From NCBI GenBank assembly GCA_000182565.2, contig KQ257453.1: DNA of 64,000 bases; one strand, 5' to 3'. Position numbers and translations under genes: made by a program. The DNA comes from Spizellomyces punctatus DAOM BR117 (taxonomy: Eukaryota). A model generated the notes under the pieces. It was not told the DNA's origin. It worked only from the letters and a program-made list of their open reading frames with translations, and did no database searches. Shown piece after piece: positions 1-9,940 of this stretch; position 1 is the stretch's first letter, and each line of letters starts with the position of its first letter.

Positions 1-2
1 AA

Positions 3-440
3 TGGAACCTCGACTCTACGGAGAGGGCTCCAGGGGCCTTCGAAGCCCAATTAAAAGACGCGGAACGTTTCCACGTCGATCTCAAGCGACCCAAACCCGT
101 GGTCTGGGCCCTAATCAACATTCTACGACACTTCCATCAAGCCTTCAGCTATGAGGGTCATCTCATAGGGAACTACACCAAGATTCCTTATGCGCCTCGA
201 TTTATCTCGGCTCCGCCACCCCTTTCGAGGCCACGGTCGTACTCTCCGTTGGAGCGGACAGCCCTCGAGACGGAGCGAGACACCATGATGGGGCTTCAGA
301 GGTGGAAACGAACCACCGAAGTAACCTTCGCCAGCGATCCTGTTATCATTCGCTATGCAGACAAACCCCCGCGCGTAGCCTTCGACTATCGCCGAGCCAA
401 CGACTGCATGGCCTGGGATCCATATCCCTTTCCCATCATG
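3..440 (+). mobile_element. Ty3/Gypsy-type pol fragment (linker plus N-terminal part of reverse transcriptase), truncated at ~440
   Basis: Frame is open from position 3. It reads RPRSYSPLERTALETERDTMMGLQRWKRTTEVTFASDPVIIRYADKPPRVAFDYRRANDCMAWDPYPFP, which matches the Gypsy RT start consensus (RPYR.SP.E...ASP.V....K.R...DYR.LN....D.YPLP). The similarity ends at DPYPFP and no YxDD motif follows. Confidence 0.75.
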
Positions 441-1373
441 CTTGATTTGGATGTCACTGGGCAATTGTTCGACTATTAGGTCGAAATGCTGGTCAGCGGG
501 ACATTCTATGTTTGCCCGGTCGCCGTATGCGAGGCGCTGGAGATGAGTTTTGTGGTCAATGAACGCGAGAAAGCTGCAAAATTCTTTGGGGTTCACGTGG
601 CAGTGCACATATTCGGTTTTGCGCTTGGACTCGGTTAGGGGATCTCGGAACTCTCGAAGCAGTTCCTCTTTCCACCTTTTCCAGGTCCATGAGCGAGTTT
701 CCTGGGCTTCCAGAGTGTAAAACCAAGCGTCAGCAGGGGTTTTCTCGGCTATCATGGCTGGTAGGAGCTGTACCATCCTGGCATCCGACGTTGCGCTAAC
801 GTTTTGAAGAAGTTGGACTTTGTTAAGCCATTCTTCAACGTCTTGGTTTCTTCTGCCCGTAAACTCGGGTACGTCCTTTGCTTTCAAGGAATCGACCTTG
901 GTGTCGCTGGCCCACGGGGCCGCTGGCACTTGGATTGGAGGCACCGCACCTGAAAAACTTGGTTCGGTACGCTCCCTTGGTGTGTCCGCCGTTTCCCACG
1001 GGGTTGCGGACCGTTCTCTTGTAGCTCGTGCTATGGGAGGTTGTCCAGGCAGCGGGCGATGCGCTAGGGCTTCTAAGGCTCGTGCGAGGCGCTCATCCGC
1101 CGCTGTCTGACGTTCGGAAAGCCTATGAAGCTGTTCCGTAAGGTTTTGAGTTGCCAACTGCGTTGCAGCAGTCGAGCGGGCAATGTCTTCTTTTAACGCT
1201 GCCACTTCAGAGGCCATCGTGGCCAAGTTAGGGGCTTCCGGTTCGACGGAAGTGGTCCCTGAACGCCTTGGGCGTGTTGCGGGAGGGACTTCGACGTCCT
1301 CCGCAGGACCCTGACTACGAGTCTGGATCACAGGTGAGCGGCCTCGCGTTGGAGAGCGTTCGACCGGCATCAT
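437..1373 (-). CDS. gag: Retrotransposon Gag-like protein (Ty3/Gypsy), C-terminally truncated at a rearrangement junction
   Basis: Begins about 140 bp after the PBS. Has an N-terminal coiled coil and capsid-like motifs VPEFTGRRNQDVEEWL, AWFYTL and TWKRWKEELLREF. The ORF-track extension below ~437 is just the antisense of the RT fragment. Confidence 0.8.
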
Positions 1374-1510
1374 TCTCAGTTTCGTGAAGTCTGTTTCCGA
1401 AACGAGAGAAAAGGTTTCCGAGTAGCTACCTGAGCGGATCTCGGTTTGCGCAAGAGTTTCGGTACGACCGAATAAGGATTTCAGCTGAATTTGAGAGGGG
1501 AAGGCAGTTC

Positions 1511-1527
1511 GTCGCGCTTCTCCACCA
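1511..1527 (-). promoter_or_regulatory. Primer-binding site complementary to a tRNA-Ala 3' end
   Basis: The minus strand reads TGGTGGAGAAGCGCGAC directly after the LTR end. Its complement ...CTTCTCCACCA gives U70-C71-C72-A73-CCA, typical of tRNA-Ala. Confidence 0.8.
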
Positions 1528-2127
1528 TGTAACGGATTTTTTGTTGGTAGACTATGGTAAAGACAACTTGGGTCTCCTAGCAGGTTGTGTGGGTGTCCGT
1601 ACTAGGAATCATAGTCTCCAAATCCTTTCTTTGGGCGTCGGTAGCGACTTGAGGGCGAGAGGCAAGGAGAGTCGGTTAGTTGTGAACCGAGCAGGATTTA
1701 GAGGCTTCGGTGCGGGTGATCAGGCCATTGAAGCGCTCTGTTAGGTTCCTGTTAACCTAGGATTGGGGTTGAGAAGCTAGTTGTGGGGATTTTTTGTCGC
1801 TACGGCTTCTGCCCCCGACTTATTTTATTGAATACATCCTTTTTATACAAGATTCTTGGATAAACTGTTAAACTAAACTAAACTAATGGGTGTCGCTGCA
1901 CCGCAACTGATTTATTGGTGGCGGTACCGATCTCTTCCTTTTCCGCACTGGCTCGGGCCTCCACAGGTTGTACGAGGCACGCTGAAATCTAATGCGCCAA
2001 TTGCCATTCTCCGAACCGGTTTTTTCGGTCGCGGTAACCCAATCGGTGGAGTTGGTCACGCGATTCGTGCTTCCCGCGTCCGATTTGGGCTTACTCGCGA
2101 TCTCTCGAAGACGTCCTCGTCGTTACA
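1528..2127 (-). mobile_element. 5' LTR (600 bp) of an LTR retrotransposon
   Basis: TG...CA ends with a perfect 7-bp terminal inverted repeat (TGTAACG 1528-1534 / CGTTACA 2121-2127). Minus-strand TATAAAA (~1841-1847) and AATAAA (~1824-1829) lie inside. The PBS is adjacent, and the Fanzor reading frame resumes exactly at 2128. Confidence 0.85.
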
Positions 2128-3186
2128 ATCCTCTGCATCGCCCGCCAAGAAGCACAAGCCATAGAGAAGGTCGATTTATGGATGCGCATCTGCAATCTAC
2201 GTACCAAGGCTTTTCGGTCTCGCCGCGATATGCAGTTTGAAGGCTCGATCACGACAGATGGCACCTCGGTGTCAGTTTACTTGAAACATCCTGAAGCTGA
2301 CAAGTATGGAAAGCGCAGCAGCGGAGGGAAGAAGTCAGCAAAGACCCTAGAAGCTGAGGTGAAGGCAGTATATGTGGAGAACAACTTGCCTGCCTGTCGA
2401 GCAGCAGAGAATGTCATCGTTATCAACCCAAACAAGCGCGACATTCTCTACTGCCAAGACAGTAATGGCATGACATTTCGCTACACTGCCAACCAGCGAG
2501 CCGTGGAGACTGGAAGCCGTCAATTTGCAAAAGAACGGCAGCAGATGAAAGCCGGCAGTATTGACCTCATAGAATCATGAATACCATCTCACAAGACGAT
2601 GAACCTCATGGACTTTACTCGCTACCTTCTCATTCGCTGTGCAGATTCGGATCATTGAAAGGAGTTCTACTCACATCCTGCCCACACGCGGTGGAAGTGG
2701 CATACATTTATAAACCATCAGAAGAGTGAATCAAACCTCATATCCAACATGCGCAACAAGTTTGGGAACTTCACCATTGTGATGGGTGATTGGAGCGATG
2801 CCAGTCGAACTGCAAGATTTCAGACCTCATCAAAGACGAAAGGTTGGCGCACCCTCTTTAAGCGCAACAGGATCAACTGCTTCCTTCTCAACGAGTACAA
2901 GACCTCATCTGTCTGCCCTCACTGTTTGGCCTCATCCGCTGACTTCCTTGAAAAAGGCTTCAAAACACGACCTCATTCAAGACCTTGGCGCCGTCGCGAA
3001 GGCAAGATTGAAAAAGTCCATGGATTGCTGGGTTGTACCAACCCTAACTGTCAGCAAGCCTGGACGATGCGCTACTGGAACAGGGACACGCTGAGCACCT
3101 GCAACATGCTGATGATCGTGCAATCAATGTTAGATGGACACGGTAGACCAGAGGTGTTCAGGAGGGGTGTTCCAGTGGTAGCGTAG
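2128..3186 (+). pseudogene. Fz1: Fanzor1 (TnpB-derived RNA-guided RuvC endonuclease), C-terminal ~350 codons, inactivated
   Basis: One frame from 2128 to TAG 3184-3186 with two in-frame TGA stops (2578, 2656). Motifs: FEGSITTDGTSVSV (WED), VIVI[N]PNKRDILY (RuvC-I, catalytic D->N at 2425), IVMGDWS, L[N]EYKTSSVCPHC (rearranged catalytic Glu at 2893 plus zinc-finger CxxC), HGLLGCTNPNC, WNRD (RuvC-III Asp at 3085) and C-terminal GRPEVF. Confidence 0.92.
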
Positions 3187-3205
3187 CGTAGACTAGTTAG
3201 ATTAA

Positions 3206-3294
3206 GGTTTCCGAACTGGTTGTCGCCGGTTCAATCCCTGGTGCGGGTGCTAGTGCCAATACCCATCGGCTCCGCACTAACAATCATACCCATC
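3206..3294 (+). ncRNA. Fanzor omegaRNA: scaffold ~3206-3279 (includes element right end/TIR) plus ~15-nt guide 3280-3294 (ACAATCATACCCATC)
   Basis: Starts 20 nt after the Fanzor stop. TGGTGCGG (3239-3246) can pair with CCGCACTA (3272-3279), GGGT...ACCC forms a hairpin, and GAACTGGT/ATCGGCTC forms a degraded stem. It ends ...GGCTCCGCAC-TA and closely resembles, from memory, the Spizellomyces punctatus Fz1 scaffold. Confidence 0.8.
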
Positions 3295-3802
3295 AAACCA
3301 AACCAACAGCGACAACTTCCAACCCTCGTGCGATGGCCAAGATTGAAGAAGAAAAACCCGTACATGCCTATTTTAACAAAATATTTCCGGAACGATGGAA
3401 CCCTCCCCATTTCTGGGGAAATGGAGGCAGTCCACTGAAGGAGCAAGCTCATCACATCTGGAAAACGTCGCTTCTCAATCTTTTGTCGTGTCTGGACTAA
3501 GCAAGAGCTGAGAGAGCTGCTGCTTTGTTGAAGATGGATCAGGTTCGTTGCTTCAGCCATTTTACACAAACGCGTCGTTCATTAACATGATACACCTTGA
3601 ATAGTTCTACTTTTAGAGTCCTAAACCGGAGTTCCATTGTCATAAAAAAAAACAAAATCGCTGATACCCAAGGGAGCGTAAACTTAACCGGTGCGTCCAT
3701 CTCAATGGAGCCGCAAACACCTGTAATCCAGACGCCAAACGTGAGTCTTTGTAGTAGTTGTTTATCATGTCAATGTAATACTCACAGTTCATTTAGGTCG
3801 GT

Positions 3803-4696
3803 ATGAAATTATCCGGATTTAAGGAAAGGTTAACGAAACGCTCGTTTGCGGATGCGTTCGACGATGATGATGATACGATCGACACTCCTACGCGCCATAC
3901 CAAGACCACCCAACTCGAAGCACCGTACAAGTCAAAAGATGAAACCCTTACTCGATATTATATTCGCTTGGCGCAGCACTGTGAGAGGACTGGACATATC
4001 ACTCGCCCCCAACTTGGATTCACGGTTCGCTGCATTACTGACACCGAGCACCAGTATCACAAGGCAGTAATGGATGTGCTCGCTGTCTACGATGAGACTC
4101 GGATGGGATGTACCTTTGGCTCCTTCTTGGAGGAAATTTACCCCAACAATACGACCAAAATGAAGAGTCTGGTAAAAGAATCCTTGATGAAACAGGCTTC
4201 CTCACAAGCTATGTCGGCGGCCTGTACGATGCTCTCTAATGGTGTAGCGGCTTTTGGTGCTATCCTTCTCGCGAGAGCATTTGGGTGGAACGTCAAGGGT
4301 GACGCAAGGTTGATGCCTAGAAATGTGGCTTTGACAGGCAGTATAACCGAAGATCACAGTGCACTCCTTGTTCGTACTCGAGAGCACCGAAATGAGAATG
4401 GGTTACTGTATATTGTTTTACCGAGTCCGTGTGTTTTGAATTCACGGTATATGACGCATGAGCGGTTTATTGAGGTGTTGGGGTGTGTTGGGTTTGGCGT
4501 GGTTGAATTCAAGTTTGCGAAACGGGTTGCGTTTTGTTTGTTTAGGAGGTGTGGTGGGGGTGTAAAGGGGATTGGGAAAGTCGAATGTAATCCTGGGAAG
4601 GAGAGGAATAATTTTTGTGTTGTTATTGATGGCAGGGCAGCTGGGATGCCAATTTGGCACATACACACTGTATATTTTGAGATAAAAGGGATATAA
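3803..4696 (+). CDS. Intronless ORF (297 aa); C-terminal ~100 aa resemble the C-terminus of the 25S rRNA adenine-N1 methyltransferase Bmt2, N-terminus unrelated
   Basis: GLLYIVLPSPCVLNSRYMTHERF...GFGVVEFKFAKRVAFCLF...CNPGKERNNFCVV matches the Bmt2 C-terminal consensus. No LDVG-type SAM motif is visible upstream. Confidence 0.55.
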   Translation: MKLSGFKERLTKRSFADAFDDDDDTIDTPTRHTKTTQLEAPYKSKDETLTRYYIRLAQHCERTGHITRPQLGFTVRCITDTEHQYHKAVMDVLAVYDETRMGCTFGSFLEEIYPNNTTKMKSLVKESLMKQASSQAMSAACTMLSNGVAAFGAILLARAFGWNVKGDARLMPRNVALTGSITEDHSALLVRTREHRNENGLLYIVLPSPCVLNSRYMTHERFIEVLGCVGFGVVEFKFAKRVAFCLFRRCGGGVKGIGKVECNPGKERNNFCVVIDGRAAGMPIWHIHTVYFEIKGI

Positions 4697-4785
4697 GATA
4701 CTTCGTTCACGTATCCTAATACTAATTCCTACCACGCCATGTTGCAATGAATGCTGTCAAGGGTCATGGGCTGAATATCAAAGCT

Positions 4786-6030
4786 TACTCGCCCCTCTCT
4801 CAACAGCCGCAACCGCTCGCAAAAAGTCTTCACGTCCCTCTGCCCTCAAAACATGCTCGGCATTTCCTTCGCGAACGGTAAATGTGTTAGGAAGGTACCA
4901 TTCTTGAACAGAGTCTCTGACAGCAGAGTTGCGGAGGTCGATGGTTTGGATGGGTTTTGTAGAGTTTTGGTCTTTGTAGAGATGGAGGTGGGTGTGCTAT
5001 GAAATGGTTTTTTTGTGGAAGTGAATATAGTATATGTGTACACAGAAGCGGAAGGACGGTCAACATACGTGAATCACCATCCAGCGTTTCCTCCAGTACC
5101 GATCATTGGATGTCAACTGGTCGAACCAGTTGGAGAGAATGGCGCCCTGCCATTCAGCACAGTGTAAGATTATGGTACGGTCTGGATGAACTGGCAAAGG
5201 AATGAGATAGATGCAAGCTACCTACCTTACGGTTCTTATCTTCCATGGTTTGATATTGGGCCTTGTAGGCTTCTTTGATTGAGCGTTCTTTGGCTGCCTT
5301 TTCCTTTAGCCATTGCTGTTCTTTGACTCTATTAACGTGCCAAAACATTGGGTGTTAGTCCCTTCTAAGTTTTTCCAACCTAGTTCTCATGTGGCGTGTA
5401 CCTCTCTTCTGCAGCCGCTTTCACCTTTCTCGCCGCCTCCTCCTTCAACTGCTCCTTTAATGCCGTATGCTCTCGCACTCTCCTCGCCGCCTCCTCTTGT
5501 GCATCTTCACCTTTATCTGATGACAAGGAGCTCGTGGATTGATTCAACGCCTTGCCTGGTAGCATGTTGGAGCTACTTGAGCTGTGAAGAGGAACTTTTG
5601 TGGGCGTGAGAGGTGTCTCAAGCAGATCACTTGGGGATGTGATGGAGATTTCAGAATCGTGTTCCTTGAGGAGTGCATTGATTTGTTTGCCGTAGGTAAA
5701 GGCAAGAGCACGGTTCGCTGTCTAATCGCACATCACGGGATGAGAAAGGAACAGATGGAAAAGACAGATGTACTTTCGTACGTTACCTGCTCGGGAACAC
5801 ATTCGACAAGTAAAAACTTATTTTCATGTTTCACGTAGCCATAGAGCGGGACTTCGCCCTGTCCGAACTCCTTTTGAAATTCCTGAAATCCGCCTGCTCC
5901 GCTGGCGAGGACACTGGATCGTAATAACGGATTATGTTGTCAGTGTGCCCCGAACAGAGTGATGTGAATGATTTGTTCTTACCTTAGGACTTGGAGATTC
6001 TGTCCAGGCAGCTTAGGAAGGACAGCTACA
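4786..6030 (-). CDS. Spliced gene: ADF-H/coactosin-like domain, coiled coil and C-terminal PH domain (5' end uncertain)
   Basis: Minus-strand exons translate to VLASGAGGFQEFQKEFGQGEVPLYGYVKHENKFLLVECVPEQ (ADF-H-like), E/K/A-rich helices, YWRKRWMVI and LYKDQNSTKPIQTIDLRNSAVRDSVQEWYLPNTFTVREGNAEHVLRAEGREDFLRAVAAVE (PH-like). Confidence 0.55.
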
Positions 6031-7037
6031 ACAGATAAAGGATTTAGAGAAGAATGAATTTGACAGATGCCCTCGAGCCCATGTGTGCAGTAAACTAAAC
6101 ATGACGGTGCACTTACACAGGATCATCCTGTTCACACAAAGACGAATATTAACTGGTCAGATCTACATGTTTCTTCACCACGGCCTCATCACCACAAAAC
6201 CAATATTCAAAAAACAGCTCACCAATCTGTACCAGAGTCTCCAGCCCGAATCGCCTCATACGTCTGCAAGATCTTTGGGTCGTTGGTATCTAATGTAGCC
6301 ATTCCTAGTAGCAGCTATCCACCGTGACAAGTCGAGATGTGTCAAAATCGATAGTAAAAAGAAAAACGATCTTTGCAAACCCAAGGACAAGGTATTCTGG
6401 TTTGGACTTTTCTCGAAGCAAATACCAGCGACTACAAACACCACAACACTTGCAATCACATTCACAGCAGAAAGAAAAGAGGCACACTGCACAGTGGGGG
6501 TCTGAACTAAGAACAAATAATACCGTATAAATAATACCGCATGTGTTATGGCATTGACACTATCTTGGTTTGTCTAAAAATAGCTGTTGCGCACAAGGTT
6601 TCCTTCCGGATCCTTATGGCTTTGTCGGAGATTTTTATAGCGGGCAGGGAGCAGAAGGAAATTCCCTCGGAAATGGGTGACGCTGGGTCATGTTTTTGTT
6701 GGGCTTCGAGATAAAAAAAACTACACCCCTTTATGCCTGATAATCTTTAGATGTGTATGCAGGGTATGTTTTGTCGTGGCTATGGAGTGTGTCCCCGGGA
6801 TTCTAGGTTTGATTGCGTTGCGCTTTTGATGTGAGGTAAACACTTTCATTTGGCGCCTTCTTCAGCTCCCTTATTGTCCAGTCTCGGGTTCTTCTGTAGG
6901 GTTATTTTAACTGGCGGTTAGATTTCTTTTTTTGGAGACACTGGGTATTCCACCCGCTACTTGTCTTGAGAAAACCTTATTTTCGTGGATTGGGGGAATA
7001 TACCTCCTTTATTCCTTACTTAATTGCCTTCATCGAC

Positions 7038-8126
7038 ATGGTCAATGACCAGCTGTTGAGGACGTGGGGGGCTGCGTTGTCGTTTGGGGGAACCGTGATT
7101 TGTCTTTTGAGCGTCTTTGAATGGATGTGAGTACACGACAAGGCACACGTTTATCGGGGGATTGAGTATCCAGTCTTGATTGATAGATACCTAAATGTTT
7201 AACCATAACTTGTAGTTTTAAGTTTCGCCGGTCCCTCCGTCCCAACAAACTCTTGCTCCTCATTTTCTCGTGTGCATTTGGCTCACTTTCCCTAACCATC
7301 ATGGCGAGCCGCATCGTCATCAAACAACCAAACGAGGCAACACTAGCTTTCGCGGTTCTAAGCGGCATCTTTCTCCAAACCTCCCAAGCAATTCTCTGGC
7401 GATGCGCACTCCAACGTCTCAACTCTGTTCTGGCAACAAAGTTCGCAGAGCGGGCAACAGACGTGGCAACCGCACTGAGTGCGGGGTATTGTATGGTCCT
7501 GGCTTCTTTTATGGTGATTTCTGCTATGCAAGCGGAGGGAACTGTGATGGAGTTGATTAATTCAAAATGGTATCAAGATTGGTTTAGGATGGGGGATGGA
7601 GCGGATTTGGTGATATATGAGGCTGTTTGCGTTTGCGCAGATTTGATACTGCTACAGGTTTGCTTGAGCCACCGTTGCTTTTCTGCAAGCGTGTTCTTTA
7701 AAGTTAACATAACGTATTGCTTCTGTACACCAGATGCTCCGAGAAAACATGAAAGCACGAGGCGACCGATCCACCCTTGACAAAACCCTCAAACTCCGCA
7801 TCACAGCCTTCCTCGTCATAATGAACCTCGTCTTCAAGATGGCCGATGTCAGCGTGAAAATTGCCTCCATTGCAACAACCTACTTCCCGTTTGATGTCTA
7901 CTTTCGGTCTGTCACCGTGTGTTTTGAGACTTGGACGTTACTCAAGTTGGGAATCACGGTCGAGGATGTCATAAAAGGGGACGGATGGGATAAAGGGTCG
8001 GATCGAGCAGGGGAATTGACGATCAATCGGGCGGATACACATAATAGGTTGCTCTTGGCCAAGAGTGAGACGTCCTTGCTCCACAGCAGGTCCGCGCCAG
8101 TGTTGCCGCCTATTAACGTTACGTAG
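7038..8126 (+). CDS. Multi-pass membrane protein (possible 7TM/GPCR-like), spliced
   Basis: ORFs 7253-7780 and 7734-8126 carry several hydrophobic helices followed by a hydrophilic tail. GT..AG introns are plausible near 7127-7190 and 7658-7733. Confidence 0.5.
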
Positions 8127-8274
8127 ATTTCTGTTTTTTGGAGGAACCGGGCTATATTATACTAGGAACATGAGAGATTCGATGGTCGCGGGGGGATACT
8201 GGGATTTCTTTGGAGGTTCGATGAGAGGAGAGGTTTATTATTTGGGATCATCATGAATATCTGCCGTTATACCA

Positions 8275-9810
8275 TTTCTTGTACTGTGGAGCTGTATCCA
8301 TTAGTAGCTTGAGGTCTGACTGTTCGATTCGCATCGTGGACACCAACCACGTTTCTCCCCATCCCAGATCAGTGGTCAAGTTTCTGAATAGGCATTCATG
8401 TTGGCTGTGGTTGCAAAAAAATAAAGCAAAGACCTCTGGGATGCAGGGGTGTTCAAAATGTCTCGTTCAATCATTGTCATCTGTCCTTTGCTCACCCGTT
8501 CTTGTGATTTGCATTCAAATGATTGCCTAATTTCGCTGACTAAGCCAGGGGTGAATCAGCAGTCACCTGACCATGGGCTGTTCATAAAAGGGGGAACGCG
8601 AGGGGTTTACACGTCTTTCCATCGCGCCCATCCTTGTTTCTTGCCCATCATCTCTGCCCACCACTCACACACCATAGAGAGGACAAGAATGCAACACCCG
8701 TACTCTTGGATACCGTCGCTGCAAAAGCGGACTTGACCAGGTTCGTCCCCGTAGTGGAATGTGCACAGGTTCAGGGAATCTTCACGGGTACCTGCTTGGG
8801 AATGACGCGTGCGCTCTGCTGGTGGGAGCAGGGTCCACATATCATTCTTGCCCAGACTCGGTGATTTTTCACTGCCTGCTCCAGACTGACGCCGAGGCTC
8901 GGAGAAACTGAGCGGGTCTCTGGTTGGGAGTGAACCGATGCTCCTGCTCCCACGAGCAGGGTTCCATCATCATTCGTGCCCAGAGCTCGGTGATGTTTTT
9001 ACTGTGTTGGCTTCAGCCTGAGCCTCGGTGGCGTCTATCTCATCTTGTGCATTCGCTAACCCCGGACGGATTAGTTCTAGGGGCATCAATCGTGGTGCGG
9101 TAATTGTGAAGAGTCATCCGCGCAAGACACCCCCTGGCAATCTGTGTCTAGCCGGTTGACAATTTAGGCCCAAGAAGATCCGTCGTTCAGCAGCAGACTC
9201 CAAATATCAAAGCATCTGCGGCTCGGATCGAACGTGCTGCTGACTTGACCAGGTACGTCCCTTGGTGATTGTGCACAGGTTGGAGAAACATCACTGGTAC
9301 CTGCTTGGGAATGACGCGTGCACTCTGCTTGTGGGAGCAGGGTTCACATATCATTCTTGCCCAGACTCGGTGATGTGTATACTGTGTTGGCTTCAGCCTG
9401 AGCCTCTGGTTATCTGCCACTTTTGTGCATTCGCTAATTGGACGTTTTAGTTTTAGGGGCATCAAGCGTGGTGCGGCAATTGTAAAACCTGGTTCAATAG
9501 TTCGCAGATAACCAATTCGTTAATAGATACTTGCTGCTCACGCTATATTACCGACATTCTTTATGGTGATGTCTTGATGAGATTCTGCGTAAAGCCATTT
9601 CTTGTAGTACTGTTGAGCTGTATCCACTAGTACCATGAGGTATGAGAGGTTGAAAAATACATGATACACCCAAATGTTGGGCACGACCACATTTCTGCCC
9701 GTGTCAGATCAGTTTGTAAAGTTTCTCACCCTCACTAAAGGTACCTGATGCTGCAGAGGCATTCATATTGGCTGTACGAGTTGCACAACAGAAACCAAGG
9801 GCTGTGGGAT
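8275..9810 (+). repeat. Cluster of diverged direct repeats
   Basis: 8730-8870 ~ 9242-9380; 8953-9108 ~ 9335-9483; 8275-8450 ~ 9597-9810. Shared strings include GGTACCTGCTTGGGAATGACGCGTGC, ACATATCATTCTTGCCCAGACTCGGTGAT and ACTGTGTTGGCTTCAGCCTGAGCCTC. Confidence 0.85.
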
Positions 9811-9940
9811 GTAGATAATGTGGGTATACGTTGGTATTTGGGCGCTAATTTGGAAACCTTGGAGGGATATGTTCTTGCAAAGAAAGTCGAGTTCTTTGGC
9901 CAATGACGTGGAACTCTTAACTTTGACTCGAGAGGAAAAT

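Noticed and set aside
123-436. C-terminal ~105 aa of the 416-aa minus-strand ORF
   Set aside because: It is the antisense of the plus-strand RT fragment and is open by chance across the junction.
3226-3242. GGTTCAATCCC resembling a tRNA T-loop/B-box
   Set aside because: No cloverleaf can be built; it lies inside the omegaRNA scaffold.
3259-3294. 9-mer ATACCCATC in both the scaffold (3259-3267) and the guide (3286-3294)
   Set aside because: Too short and not positioned as a TSD; probably coincidental.
3280-3600. Short ORFs in the Fanzor right flank
   Set aside because: No recognisable domain, and they cross the element boundary.
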